This document shows positions 27,559 through 37,800 of a stretch of 64,000 bases of DNA, one piece after another. The notes beneath the pieces were generated by a model. That model worked only from the letters and a program-made list of their open reading frames with translations, was not told the DNA's origin and did no database searches. How positions within the stretch are numbered: position 1 is the stretch's first letter; each line of letters starts with the position of its first letter. Origin of the DNA: an uncultured Gemmataceae bacterium (GTDB taxonomy: Bacteria > Planctomycetota > Planctomycetia > Gemmatales > Gemmataceae); assembly GCA_963750165.1 (NCBI GenBank), contig CAVVPN010000011.1, forward strand, positions 576,001 through 640,000, in the 5' to 3' direction. The position numbers were made by a program, and so were the translations under genes.

Positions 27559-29616
27559 ATGCACACCTGGCAAGTCGGTGTTGTCGGCGGGTTGGTGGTC
27601 GTTGCTCAGCTGCTCGCCCAGCCAGGGGCCGCCCCCGGCCAGGAAAAGGAGAACGTGTTCAAGGCGGACGTGGTCGTCTACGGCGGCACGCCGGGCGGCA
27701 TCATCGCCGCCGTGACGGTGGCACGCGAGGGCAAGCGCGTCGTGCTGCTGGAGCCGGGTAAGCACCTCGGCGGCATGCTCACCGGCGGCCTGTGCGCCAC
27801 CGACACGGGTAACCGCGCCACCATCGGCGGTTACTCCCGCAAGTTCTTCAACCGCGTCCGTGCCTACTACGTCAAGAAGTACGGCGCGAAGTCCGAGCAG
27901 GTGCGCGACTGCTCCGACGGCTTTCGGCCCGAGCCGCACGTCGCCGCCATCATCTTCAAGGAGATGCTGGCCGAGGCGAAGGTCACGGTGCATTATGATT
28001 CCCCGCTCGCGGCCGTGGGGTTTGAAAACAAGATCCCCCGCATATTAAACATCGGGACCCGTGAGAAAATCTATTTCGCCAAGGTCTTCATTGATGCGAC
28101 CTATGAGGGTGATTTGCTCGCGCTGGCCGGCGTCAAATACGCCGCGGGCCGAGAGGGCCGAGAACAATACAACGAGTCGCTGGCCGGCGTTCAGGAATTC
28201 AGCAAGTTCCACCAGTTCTCCGTCAAGGTGTCGCCCTACGACGACAACAAAAAGTTGCTTCCGTTGGTGCAACCGTGGCCCTACGGCAAGCCGGGCGAAG
28301 GCGACAAGAAAGTGCAGGCGTACAACTTCCGCCTGTGCCTGACGCGGAACCCCGACCTGCGGATGCCCTGGCCCAAACCCAACAAATACGATCCGAAGCG
28401 CTTTGAATTGCTGGCCCGCTATCTGGAGAAGAACCCCACGGTCAAGTTCGGTCAATTGTGCAACCCCGTCAAGTTGCCCAACGGCAAGACCGACACGAAT
28501 AACAATGGCCCCATTTCCACGGACCACATCGGCGCCAACTACGATTATCCGGACGGCGATGTCAAGACTCGCAAGCGCATCCATGACGATCACGTCGAGT
28601 ACACCAAGGGCTTCTTCTACTTCCTCGCCACCGACCCGCGCGTGCCCAAAAAGTTGCAAGCGGAGGTCAACAGCTGGGGCCCGTCAAAGGGCGAGCACGT
28701 GGACAACGACGGCTGGCCGCACCAGCTCTACATCCGCGAAACGCGGCGCATGATCGGCGCCTACGTGATGACGCAAAGCGATTTGCTGGTCAATCGCACC
28801 AAACCCGATTCCGTTGGCCTGGGCTCTTACAACGCCGACTCGCATCACGTGCAGCGCGTCGTCAAGGACGGCTTCGTCATCAACGAGGGTGATTTCCAGG
28901 TCGGCGTGAAGCCGTATGCCATCCCCTACCGCAGCCTGATCCCGAAGGAAACGGAGTGTACCAATCTGCTGGTGCCGGTGTGCGTGTCCACGTCGCACGT
29001 GGCCTACGGGACCGTGCGCATGGAGCCGGTGTTCATGATTCTCGGCCAGGCGGCCGGCAACGCCGCGGTGCTCGCCATCGACGGCGGCAGCAGCGTGCAG
29101 AAAGTTTTGATAGAGAAATTGCAGGCGAAACTGAAGGTTCAGAAAGCAGTGCTGTCACCGGAGGGCCTGACGCCGAAAAGCCCGCTCAGCCTGGACCCCG
29201 CGAAGTTGCCGGGCATTGTCGTCGATGACACGCAGGCGAAAAAGACCGGCACCTGGCACGAGTCCAAGTCGGTCGGCCCGTTTGTGGGCGCCGGCTACCT
29301 GCACGACAACAACGAGAACCAGGGCAAATGCAGCATCCGCTTCACACCGAACCTGCCCGCCGCAGGCAAGTATGAGGTGCGCGTGTTCTACACCGCCAAC
29401 CCCAACCGCGCCACCCGCGTCCCGGTGAAAGTCTTCAGTGACGAAGGCTCGCTCTACGACCAGATCAATCAGCGGCAGCCGCTGAAGAACAACGAGGGCC
29501 GCAGCCTGGGTGTGTTCGAGTTTGTCGCTGGAATGAAGGGCTACGTGGAAATCCGCAATGACGGTGCCAACGGCTTTGTTGTCGCCGACGCGGTGCAATT
29601 TATTCCGCAAAAGTAA
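27559..29616 (+). CDS. Secreted FAD-dependent oxidoreductase with C-terminal xanthan-lyase/golvesin-like beta-sandwich
   Basis: DVVVYGGTPGG, FIDATYEGDL, YIRETRR, RMEPVFM and VVADAVQF motifs. Confidence 0.88.
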   Translation: MHTWQVGVVGGLVVVAQLLAQPGAAPGQEKENVFKADVVVYGGTPGGIIAAVTVAREGKRVVLLEPGKHLGGMLTGGLCATDTGNRATIGGYSRKFFNRVRAYYVKKYGAKSEQVRDCSDGFRPEPHVAAIIFKEMLAEAKVTVHYDSPLAAVGFENKIPRILNIGTREKIYFAKVFIDATYEGDLLALAGVKYAAGREGREQYNESLAGVQEFSKFHQFSVKVSPYDDNKKLLPLVQPWPYGKPGEGDKKVQAYNFRLCLTRNPDLRMPWPKPNKYDPKRFELLARYLEKNPTVKFGQLCNPVKLPNGKTDTNNNGPISTDHIGANYDYPDGDVKTRKRIHDDHVEYTKGFFYFLATDPRVPKKLQAEVNSWGPSKGEHVDNDGWPHQLYIRETRRMIGAYVMTQSDLLVNRTKPDSVGLGSYNADSHHVQRVVKDGFVINEGDFQVGVKPYAIPYRSLIPKETECTNLLVPVCVSTSHVAYGTVRMEPVFMILGQAAGNAAVLAIDGGSSVQKVLIEKLQAKLKVQKAVLSPEGLTPKSPLSLDPAKLPGIVVDDTQAKKTGTWHESKSVGPFVGAGYLHDNNENQGKCSIRFTPNLPAAGKYEVRVFYTANPNRATRVPVKVFSDEGSLYDQINQRQPLKNNEGRSLGVFEFVAGMKGYVEIRNDGANGFVVADAVQFIPQK

Positions 29617-29726
29617 CGGCGTTACGGCATCACAGCGCCTTATTTTGCTTGACGGCGATTGCCGGTAGTGTTCAACTGTCTAAACGTTCGCCACCGTTCA
29701 CCCACGTTCAACGAAGAGAGCCCACC

Positions 29727-30617
29727 ATGCCCGTCATCAATTGCCCCAACGGCCACTCCATCCGGGTCGGCGACCAGCACGTCGGTCAGCTGGTCAAATG
29801 CCCCACCTGTCAGGCGTCGTTTGTCGCCAACGGCAACGGCCAGGGTGGCGAATTCGCCGAGTTGAGCGGCGGCGGCAGTACGGCCACACCCCGCGGCGGC
29901 AAGGCCGTGGCTGGGTTGTCAGGCCTCGTCGGGATGGTCAACTCGTTCGTCGGCAAACCGCTGCTGTTCGTGGGGCTGTTCCTCGTGGTCCTCGGCCGCG
30001 GCTGTGACGCGACCAGCATGCGGGCGGCCTCGCGGAGTGAGGCGCAGTATCGCCAGCTCCGGGTGCCGTTCCAGATGGAATGGGACACCAAACTGGCGAC
30101 CGCCCAGCAGAACATCGAGAAGAAAAACCGGCAGATGCACGAGTTGAATGCGAACCGCTTCAAGAAGGACGCCGGGGACCCCGCGGAACTCCAGAAGCGG
30201 TCGGAAAAGCTGAATGAGGAAATGACCGCCCTGAACAAGGAGCAGACCAAGCTGCGCGAGGATTATCAGACGGCGCTGTTCGATAAAGAGCACGGCGACT
30301 GGAAGCCGACGCACGAGGCGGCGCTGAGCGCCGTGAACCACCACCGCATGTGGGGCTACTGGTTCGAGATGGTGTTCATCTTCGGCACCATGGTGCTGCT
30401 GGCCGGCATCCTGACGCTGGCCTTCACCGGCCAGGGGGCCGAGCGCTGGGTCGCCTACATCATGATCGCCATCATCACCTTCAGTATCTACGTCGGCGGC
30501 GCCGCCTGGATCGAATCGATCGTTACCTCCACCACCAGTAATATCCCCGGCTCCGGAGGCGGCGGCGGCCCACTTGGGGGGCCGCGCTTCGAGGAGAAGG
30601 GTCCGCGCTTCCCCTGA
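29727..30617 (+). CDS. Zn-ribbon + coiled-coil membrane protein
   Basis: CPNGH...CPTC, then TM, coiled coil and two further TM segments. Confidence 0.75.
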   Translation: MPVINCPNGHSIRVGDQHVGQLVKCPTCQASFVANGNGQGGEFAELSGGGSTATPRGGKAVAGLSGLVGMVNSFVGKPLLFVGLFLVVLGRGCDATSMRAASRSEAQYRQLRVPFQMEWDTKLATAQQNIEKKNRQMHELNANRFKKDAGDPAELQKRSEKLNEEMTALNKEQTKLREDYQTALFDKEHGDWKPTHEAALSAVNHHRMWGYWFEMVFIFGTMVLLAGILTLAFTGQGAERWVAYIMIAIITFSIYVGGAAWIESIVTSTTSNIPGSGGGGGPLGGPRFEEKGPRFP

Positions 30618-30676
30618 TGCACCCCGGCCGCCGGCGCGGCGCCGACGGCCCGCCCGCACCACGACCCGAGGGCACC

Positions 30677-32005
30677 ATGTCCGCCGATGACTTTTCACGC
30701 CGCGACTTCCTCGCCACGAGCGCCGCCGGCCTCACTTTAGCCCCGGCCCGGGCGGGCGACGACAAACAACCCCGGCCGCGCAGCTCACCGCCGCCACGGC
30801 CCGCCAAGGCCAAGCGCCGCCTCGCCGTGGTCACGACGGCGTACCACTACCTGTCGCATGCGTACCACATCTGCGGCCGTTTCCTGCACGGCTACCTGCG
30901 CAACGGCCAGATGCACTACCCGGACTGGCAGATCGCCGGCATGTACGTCGATCAGCCGAAGCACGCCGGCGACCTGAGCGCGGAGCTGGCGCAGCGGCAC
31001 GGCTTCACGCGCTACGGCACCGTGGCCGGGGCGCTGACGCTCGGCGGCGACAAACTGGCCGTGGATGGCGTGCTGCTGATCGGCGAGCACGGCAACTATC
31101 CGTACAACGACCGCGGCCAGAAACTGTACCCGCGCTACGAACTCTTCCAGCGCATCGTCGAGGTCTTCGAGAAGTCCAAGCGGACTGTCCCTGTCTTCAA
31201 CGACAAGCATTTCTCCTACAGCCGCAAGCACGCCTTCGCAATGACGGCGACCGCCCGCAAGCTCGGCATCCCGCTGTACGCCGGCAGCAGCCTACCGGTC
31301 ACCTGGCGGCGGCCGGAGTTGGAACTGCCGCTGAACGTGCGCCTCACCGACGCCCTGGTGGCGTCGCGCGGCGAGCTGGAGATTTACGGCTTCCACGCGC
31401 TGGAGGCGCTGCAGTGCATGGTCGAGCGGCGGCGGAACGGCCAGCAGGGCGTGACTGCCGTGCGCTGCCTGGAGGGTGACGCGGTGTGGAAGGCGGGCGA
31501 CGCGGGCGTCTGGTCGTGGGAGCTGCTGGAGCACGCGCTGGGGCGCACGCCGTCGCTGAACGTCGGCGACGTGCGCGACAACTGCCGCCATTACAGGCCG
31601 CCAGCCGGCCGGCCGACGTTCCCGCGCGCCCCGGTCGCGTTCGTGGTCGAGTACCGCGACGGCCTGCGGGCGACGGCGCTGCTGCTCAACGGCCACCTCG
31701 ACGACACCTGCTTCGCGGCCCGCATCGCGGGTGAGAAGCGGCCGGTTTCGACGCAGTTTTATCTGCCGCCGCCTCCCGGAGCGTCGTTCCTGCAGGCGCT
31801 GGCGATGAAGATCGAGGGCTTCCTGGCGAGCGGGCGGCCGCCCTACCCCGTTGAGCGCACGCTGCTGACCAACGGCATTCTCGACGCGTCGCTGGAGTCG
31901 CGCGTCAAGGGCCAGCAGCGACTGCTGACACCGGAGCTGGACGTGTCGTATGACCCGCCGAAGGACTCGGGGTTCATGCGCGGGGACGCGACCAACCCAG
32001 CGTAA
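30677..32005 (+). CDS. Tat-exported conserved protein, Gfo/Idh/MocA-like
   Basis: SRRDFL Tat motif; VDGVLLIGEHG, VPVFNDKH, AGSSLP and YGFHALE. Confidence 0.75.
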   Translation: MSADDFSRRDFLATSAAGLTLAPARAGDDKQPRPRSSPPPRPAKAKRRLAVVTTAYHYLSHAYHICGRFLHGYLRNGQMHYPDWQIAGMYVDQPKHAGDLSAELAQRHGFTRYGTVAGALTLGGDKLAVDGVLLIGEHGNYPYNDRGQKLYPRYELFQRIVEVFEKSKRTVPVFNDKHFSYSRKHAFAMTATARKLGIPLYAGSSLPVTWRRPELELPLNVRLTDALVASRGELEIYGFHALEALQCMVERRRNGQQGVTAVRCLEGDAVWKAGDAGVWSWELLEHALGRTPSLNVGDVRDNCRHYRPPAGRPTFPRAPVAFVVEYRDGLRATALLLNGHLDDTCFAARIAGEKRPVSTQFYLPPPPGASFLQALAMKIEGFLASGRPPYPVERTLLTNGILDASLESRVKGQQRLLTPELDVSYDPPKDSGFMRGDATNPA

Positions 32006-32099
32006 ACGGCACTCGAGGTGGTTCGGATCGTGGTGCAGGCGTCGCGCCCGCGGACCCTCCACGCAGGCGCGACGCCTGCACCACGGCAATGCCAGGCGT

Positions 32100-32280
32100 T
32101 GCCGGGTGGCGCAAGGACGCCAAGAACGCCAAGAACGCCAACTTTTTCACACGTCAAGAATGGGCGCCCTGGCTCCGGACTGGTGGCACGGCGCGACCAC
32201 CAGCGGCGGCGGTTGCCACAGCAAGGGGGCCAAGGGGGCCAAGGGGGCCAACTTTTTCACACGTCGAGATTCGGCGCCAG
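32100..32280 (-). repeat. 110-bp tandem dimer, inverted copy of 7445-7650
   Basis: actttttcacacgtc at 32141 and 32251, each preceded by three 9-nt units. Confidence 0.85.
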
Positions 32281-32407
32281 TGCGCCGTTATATTGGCGCT
32301 GGCGGCGTGCCTTCCGGGATGAGAAAATCGACGGTCACAGGCAATCCATCCGCGCCGGGAACGAATGGCTGAATGTGCTCCCCTGAATCACCACGGAGAT
32401 CTCCCCC

Positions 32408-35059
32408 ATGACCTGGACGTTCCAAACATTTCTCTCCAAATGGAAACCAACTGCCCGGTTCGTCGTCGCCTGTCTGCTCAAAGCCGCGGGCGGCGCAGCA
32501 GCGGCAACCGATCCTGCCAACGTGCAGCTTTACCAGTGCCTGACCGCCAGCAGCGAACAGGCGGCGGAACACCTCTTCGACACACTGGCCGTGGAGCAAC
32601 AGCGGGAAGTCGAAGACTGCTTCACGCGACTGCGACCATACCTCGACCAGCACGCCGCGTTGATCCGCCGGCTGGAAGCGCTCGCCGAGCAACAGGAAGG
32701 CCAAATCCTCTCCGTCGAATCACTGAGCGAGTTGATCCGCAGCCGGCTGCCGGCAGACCTGAAGCCGGCGTTGCACTGCTGCCTGGATCAACTGGGCGGT
32801 ATCCAGAAGCAACTGCGCGAGATCAAGGGCATCCTCAACAAGTTCAAGCCGGGTGTCTCCTACGAGAATGAGGAGGAACGCGCCATCCTGCGGCAACTGC
32901 GCGAGAAGTTCCGCAGCCTGCCTCCCGAGCAACAAAAGGCCGCCAACTGGTCCGAGATGGCCGACCGTCTCTTTGATGCCGGCCTGTTCGACCTGGCGCG
33001 CGAAGAGCACGAGAACGCCGCCAGGGCTGCCGAACAGGAGCACAACCGGGCACTGGCGGCGGCGGAGCATTTCAAGGCGTACCGCGCCGCTTGCGAGAAG
33101 GAGCGATGGCCGGCAGCGCTGGCGTCGTTGCGGCAGGCGGTCGAGTTGAACCCGCAGCTGGCGCCGTTCGACTGGGAGCAATACGAGTTGTTAGACATCC
33201 TGGGAGCGGGTGGTTTCGGCACCGTGTTCCGCTGCCGGGACCGGCACCTGGACAAAGAGGTCGCCATCAAGGCCATTCACACGGGTGAGTTGGCCCGCGG
33301 GGTTCAGGAGGTGTTCAAGGAAGCGGCCATCCTCACGAAGTTGAAGCACCCGGCCATCATCGCCGTCCAGGGGGCCCACTTCGCCGATGCGTCCAAACAG
33401 CGGCCCTACATCGTCATGGACTATTTTCCGAGCCAGAGCTTGGCAACGCGCTTGAAGCAGCACGGGCCGTTGCCCGTGGCAGAGTTCATGCGCGTCGTCC
33501 GGCCGGTTGCGGAGGCGTTGCGGGCCGCCCACCAGGCCAAACCCCATCCCGTTTACCACCGCGATGTCAAGCCGGACAATTTGTTGCTGGGAGAGGCAGG
33601 GCAAATCAAGGTGATCGACTACGGCCTGGCCGTGCGCGTGGCCGCGGCCCACAATAGCGTCTCGCGACCGGCGGAGCGCCGCACGGTGCGGGACCAGTGC
33701 TACGCCGGCACCCTCGAATACGCGCCCCCTGAGCAGAAGGGGGAACTGAGCCAACCGGTGGGGCCCTACTCGGACATTTACGCCTTCGGCCGCACGTGCT
33801 GCAAGCTACTGTTTGGCGTCCCCACCCTCCACCGCCATCCCACCGACCCCAAACCCCACCACTACAACCGCACGGTGGATCCCCTTCCTCAAGCCCTGGT
33901 GGACCTGCTGGAACGCTGTGGGCAACATAAAGTGGAAGACCGGCCGCAGGATTTTCAGGACGTGCTGGACGTGCTGGACGCCATCGCTCACGAACTGGAC
34001 CTCCAGCAACAGCGGCAGCGCGAGCATGAGGAAGAAGCCCGGCGGCGCGAAACTGCCGCGGTTCGCCAGCGCGCGGAGGCAGAGGAGCGTCAGCGCCTGA
34101 TACTGTTGCAACAGGAAGGCGAAAAGAAACTGGCCGAACTGCACCGCACCACCCTGGACGAGACGCGGGGCAAGCATTATGCGAATGACGCGGGGTTGCG
34201 CGAGTATTACCACATCACGGCGGAGCGAGCCGAACACATTCGGAACAATGTGTGCGACCTGTGGTTGAAGGCCAATCCGCCCAGGAAGGAACGCCCGGCG
34301 GGCGAATTGTTCACCAACAGTCTCGGCATGAAGTTCGCCTGGATCCCACCGGGCACGTTCCTCATGGGCAGCCCGCCAAACGAACCCGGCCATCAGCCCA
34401 ACGAATGCCAGCACCCCGTCACCTTGACCCGCGGCTTTTACATGGGCATCTTTCCGGTGACCCAGGACCAGTGGCGCGCGGTAACGGGCAAAGCGACGTC
34501 GCACTTCCGGGGCGACGCCTTGCTGGGCGGCCTGCAAATGACCCGGGCGCTCCTGTCCGCGGTGGAGAGCGAATTGCCGGTTCACCTCCGGGGTAACCGA
34601 CTGCCGGTGGAGCAGCTGTCGTGGGAGGATTGCCAGTCCTTCTTGAGGGAACTGAGCCGCCGGGACGGCCGGACCTACTGGCTGCCCACCGAGGCCCAGT
34701 GGGAGTATGCCTGCCGCGCGGGCACGACCACCGCGTATGCGTTCGGGGCCAACCTGACCCCGCAACGGGCTAACTTCAATGGCGGCCAGACGACCGCCGT
34801 CGGCTCGTATGCTCCCAACGCATGGGGGTTGTACGACATGCACGGCAACGTCTGGGAGTGGTGCGCCGACTTCTTTGCTGAGGATTACTACCTGAAAAGC
34901 CCGCAGGTGGACCCGGTCAACCTGGAGGACACCGGGAAGCGGTCGATTCGTGGCGGCGCCTGGATGTCAACGGACTGTCGCAGCGCCGTCCGGCAGGGGT
35001 GGAAGCCAACCTTTATCTATAAGGATCTCGGCGTGCGCGTGTGTTTCTTTCCGGAATGA
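32408..35059 (+). CDS. Helical N-domain + TPR + Ser/Thr kinase + coiled coil + FGE-sulfatase domain protein
   Basis: GAGGFGTV, HRDVKPDN, DYG, GTLEYAPPE, LPTEAQWEYACRAG and NAWGLYDMHGNVWEWC motifs. Confidence 0.92.
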   Translation: MTWTFQTFLSKWKPTARFVVACLLKAAGGAAAATDPANVQLYQCLTASSEQAAEHLFDTLAVEQQREVEDCFTRLRPYLDQHAALIRRLEALAEQQEGQILSVESLSELIRSRLPADLKPALHCCLDQLGGIQKQLREIKGILNKFKPGVSYENEEERAILRQLREKFRSLPPEQQKAANWSEMADRLFDAGLFDLAREEHENAARAAEQEHNRALAAAEHFKAYRAACEKERWPAALASLRQAVELNPQLAPFDWEQYELLDILGAGGFGTVFRCRDRHLDKEVAIKAIHTGELARGVQEVFKEAAILTKLKHPAIIAVQGAHFADASKQRPYIVMDYFPSQSLATRLKQHGPLPVAEFMRVVRPVAEALRAAHQAKPHPVYHRDVKPDNLLLGEAGQIKVIDYGLAVRVAAAHNSVSRPAERRTVRDQCYAGTLEYAPPEQKGELSQPVGPYSDIYAFGRTCCKLLFGVPTLHRHPTDPKPHHYNRTVDPLPQALVDLLERCGQHKVEDRPQDFQDVLDVLDAIAHELDLQQQRQREHEEEARRRETAAVRQRAEAEERQRLILLQQEGEKKLAELHRTTLDETRGKHYANDAGLREYYHITAERAEHIRNNVCDLWLKANPPRKERPAGELFTNSLGMKFAWIPPGTFLMGSPPNEPGHQPNECQHPVTLTRGFYMGIFPVTQDQWRAVTGKATSHFRGDALLGGLQMTRALLSAVESELPVHLRGNRLPVEQLSWEDCQSFLRELSRRDGRTYWLPTEAQWEYACRAGTTTAYAFGANLTPQRANFNGGQTTAVGSYAPNAWGLYDMHGNVWEWCADFFAEDYYLKSPQVDPVNLEDTGKRSIRGGAWMSTDCRSAVRQGWKPTFIYKDLGVRVCFFPE

Positions 35060-35131
35060 GTGCCGAATCGAGAGGCGTAGCCGCCAACAAATCGCGCAGC
35101 CAGTGGGTCCGGGAGGAGATACCGGTCATTT

Positions 35132-35233
35132 TAGAGCGGTTCGCAGTTGGGTGTAGCGGAAGTCGCCAGACTTCCGTCCGGTGCTGCTCGGAAGTCTGGC
35201 GACTTCCGCTACACCCATTCGCAATCTGCAATA
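35132..35233. mobile_element. MITE-like element with internal 29-bp palindrome
   Basis: TA-flanked ends resemble those of 6996-7119. Perfect arms at 35148-35176 and 35189-35217. Confidence 0.6.
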
Positions 35234-35419
35234 GTCTCGTTCGACGCCACCCGAAGATGGGCCTACTGGCTCTCCATCCAGCAGTATTTCAAAGGGAAGA
35301 CTGCTCGGAAGCCGAAGAAGAGCGCGAAGAGTGTTCGCATCCGCGTGCCAAAACGCCAGCCGGTGACCCGGCGGGCCATCGCAATCATGCGCGCGCTGAT
35401 GTTGGCGGCACTCCAGTAA
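35234..35419 (+). pseudogene. 5'-truncated DUF4365 remnant
   Basis: VSFDATRRWAYWLSIQ...SVRIRVPKRQPV...MR aligns by eye with ILYDARLAEAYWLDLH...IVRLRVPRNHIL...MR of 459-1004. Confidence 0.7.
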
Positions 35420-35435
35420 GCTTGAGGAGCAGACG

Positions 35436-35693
35436 ATGAAACGCGCGGACGTTACCTACGGCCAAATGGACCGAGTGCTCCGCGCGCTCGGTTTCTCCTG
35501 CACGCCCTCCAAGAAGGAGCCTCCCGGCCGCTTTTACGAGCATAAGGAATCCGGGGCGAAGATTGTGTTGCCCACATTTCCGGACAACGCGCGCGTCTAC
35601 GAGCACCATCTGCTCACCGTTCGCATCACCCTGGACAACTTCGGCATCGCGGACCCCACGACGTTCGACGCCAAACTGCAGAAGGCCGGTTAA
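35436..35693 (+). CDS. Small HicA-like hypothetical protein
   Basis: VTYGQMDRVLRALGF...FYEHKESGAKIVLP with a GAGGAG RBS. Paralog of 206-457. Confidence 0.7.
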   Translation: MKRADVTYGQMDRVLRALGFSCTPSKKEPPGRFYEHKESGAKIVLPTFPDNARVYEHHLLTVRITLDNFGIADPTTFDAKLQKAG

Positions 35694-35777
35694 TGTCGTG
35701 CGGTTTGGCGGCGAACAAGCGGCGGAGCGCCCGCGCCAGGGTTGAGGTGACCACACTCGGAGAACCAGGAGGGATTC

Positions 35778-36194
35778 ATGACGCCCACACCCATCGCGAT
35801 TGGGCTCATACTCTGTGACCGCGTCATCGTGGACAAGGACACCTATTGTCCCTCGGCCATCGGCATCTTCACCGGCCTGGCCGTCGAACACTTCCCGTCC
35901 GACCCCCAGCGCTTTTCGGTCTTCGCGGTGCTGACCGACGCGAAGGGCGAAGGCCGGGGGAGGTTGGTGGTGTACCGCCTGGACGATCACTGGCAGCGTC
36001 AGGAGGAAATCTACAGCACCGAGAACACGATCCGTTTCCCGGATCGCTTCACCGTGGTAAACTTCAACCAGAGGGTGCGAAGCATTCGCTTCGCAATCGC
36101 CGGTTATTACGAAGCTGTCTTGTTCATTGACGGCGACGAGGTTGCTCACCGGCGCATAAAAGTCTACCAATCTGCTCCCGGCACCGTTCTTTGA
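35778..36194 (+). CDS. DUF6941-like hypothetical protein
   Basis: LILCDRVIVD...IGIF...GYYEAVLFIDG, with an AGGAGG RBS. Confidence 0.7.
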   Translation: MTPTPIAIGLILCDRVIVDKDTYCPSAIGIFTGLAVEHFPSDPQRFSVFAVLTDAKGEGRGRLVVYRLDDHWQRQEEIYSTENTIRFPDRFTVVNFNQRVRSIRFAIAGYYEAVLFIDGDEVAHRRIKVYQSAPGTVL

Positions 36195-36206
36195 GAGGAA
36201 TACGCC

Positions 36207-36434
36207 ATGCACGACCCCTCGGATCCCACGAACAAATATCCGACCCGCGAGGACCTCTACGGTTATTACGTCGAGGCGAACGAAAACGAAACCACGCGCG
36301 TCAACTGCACAATGCCCGCCGGGCAACCGATGCCTGCGAATCAGCCGCCACCGAGCCGTGAAGATCTGTACGGCATCACGATCACCGTGACGGACACGCC
36401 GGACCCGGAACAACCGAAGCCCTCGGAGGGGTGA
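36207..36434 (+). CDS. Small protein with a duplicated P(T/S)REDLYG motif
   Basis: GAGGA RBS, 12 nt after the preceding stop, internal repeat. Overlaps the convergent gene by 53 nt. Confidence 0.5.
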   Translation: MHDPSDPTNKYPTREDLYGYYVEANENETTRVNCTMPAGQPMPANQPPPSREDLYGITITVTDTPDPEQPKPSEG

Positions 36435-37800
36435 GAACGACCGTGGTGTTTTCCAGGGGCAACGGCTTCTGCCCGCGCCAGCTCGCCAACCACTGGCAAA
36501 GCGCGTGACAACCGACGCCCGCACAAACGCACAGCAGCGGCGTGTAAATCACCCGAAACCGCGGACTCGCCTCGCTGCCGCCCGTCAGCAGCAGCACGTA
36601 CAGCGCCGGCAGCCCCAGCGCCAGCAGCAACCGCCGCTGCCGCCGCCACAGACTGACCACGCCGAGCCCCAGCAAAACGAGGAGCCCCCCCTGCCCTGCC
36701 AGCGCCTGGTAGCGCAACACTTCCGGCAACGGGCTGGCGTGGGCGGCGCTCGCGGCGCGGATGCCGTCGTCGGTCAGTTTCTCATGCGGCCCTGCGGCCA
36801 ATCGACCATAAGCCATCCGCGAGAACAGGTCGCGCTCCGGCCCGGTCAGTTCCAGGAGCATCCCCTGCGCGTGCAGCCGGGCGTAGAGCACCGGATGTTG
36901 CAGCAGGATTTCGCCGCCCTTGCGCTCCCAGGCCCGCCAGCGCTGGGCGGCCGTCGCGTCGGCGGGCAACTCGGCGTCACACTCCCGCGTCAGGCGGTCG
37001 CGCTCCACCTCGCGCGTGGTGCCGTTCAGCGCGGCGCACACACTGGCGGCCTTGTACTTCATCAGGTTAATGGCACCGACACAGGTGTAATTGGCGTAAC
37101 CCGTCGCCGCGTAATTCCGCGCCACCCATGCAACCGCCGGCAGCAGCGCCAGCAGCATGACCGCGGCCGTCCGCAACCGCTCCACACCGCGACCGCGGCC
37201 CCACAGCAGCAGCACCAGCGCCACGACCACCGGCATGAGCAGCAGCAGCGGGTGAACCAGCAGGCCCACCGCCAGTAGCGCCGTCGTTAGCCACAGGAAT
37301 TTCCGCTGACCCGTTTGCAGGTAACGCGCCACCGCCGCCAGGGCCGCCGTAACGAACAGGGCCGAATACACCTCCGAGAGCAGCAGATTCGTGTAATACG
37401 TGGTCACCGGCTCCAGCGCCAGCAGTCCCGCAGCGGCCAGGGCCGTCGGGACGTTCGCGCCCAGCACGCGCGCCAGCCAGAACGTCAGCGCCACCGTCAG
37501 CAAGGCGACGATGTGTTGCAAAACAATCGCCGCCTGCACCGCGTCGCCGGTCAAGGAATACAGCCCCGCGAGCAGCACCGGCAAGCCCGGCGGCCGGTAG
37601 ACGTTGGGCAGGTACGGCGGCTCCGCTGCCGCGCTGTAGCCGTGGCCAGCGTGCAGGTTGACGGCCAGCTGGTGATAGCCCCACGAGTCGTACTCCAGGA
37701 ACACCAGCGGTCGCTGCCAGTTCAGCACCAGCGGCAACAACCGCAGCAGCACCGCGACCAGCAGCAGCAAAAACAGCAGCCATCCGTTGCGTTTGTTCAT
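36382..37800 (-). CDS. GT-C type (ArnT/GT39-like) membrane glycosyltransferase
   Basis: DSWGY..LA.NL..G.GYS, YRPPG.P, LLSE and PRFR motifs with many TM segments. Confidence 0.75.
   Translation of the reverse strand: MNKRNGWLLFLLLLVAVLLRLLPLVLNWQRPLVFLEYDSWGYHQLAVNLHAGHGYSAAAEPPYLPNVYRPPGLPVLLAGLYSLTGDAVQAAIVLQHIVALLTVALTFWLARVLGANVPTALAAAGLLALEPVTTYYTNLLLSEVYSALFVTAALAAVARYLQTGQRKFLWLTTALLAVGLLVHPLLLLMPVVVALVLLLWGRGRGVERLRTAAVMLLALLPAVAWVARNYAATGYANYTCVGAINLMKYKAASVCAALNGTTREVERDRLTRECDAELPADATAAQRWRAWERKGGEILLQHPVLYARLHAQGMLLELTGPERDLFSRMAYGRLAAGPHEKLTDDGIRAASAAHASPLPEVLRYQALAGQGGLLVLLGLGVVSLWRRQRRLLLALGLPALYVLLLTGGSEASPRFRVIYTPLLCVCAGVGCHALCQWLASWRGQKPLPLENTTVVLTPPRASVVPGPACPSR

Noticed and set aside
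34940..35059. Second FGE C-terminus as a DGR variable region or template repeat
   Set aside because: Codons at the variable positions (ATG, TCA, ACG, CAG, TGG, AAG) cannot derive from AAC by adenine-only changes, and the segment is not AAC-rich.
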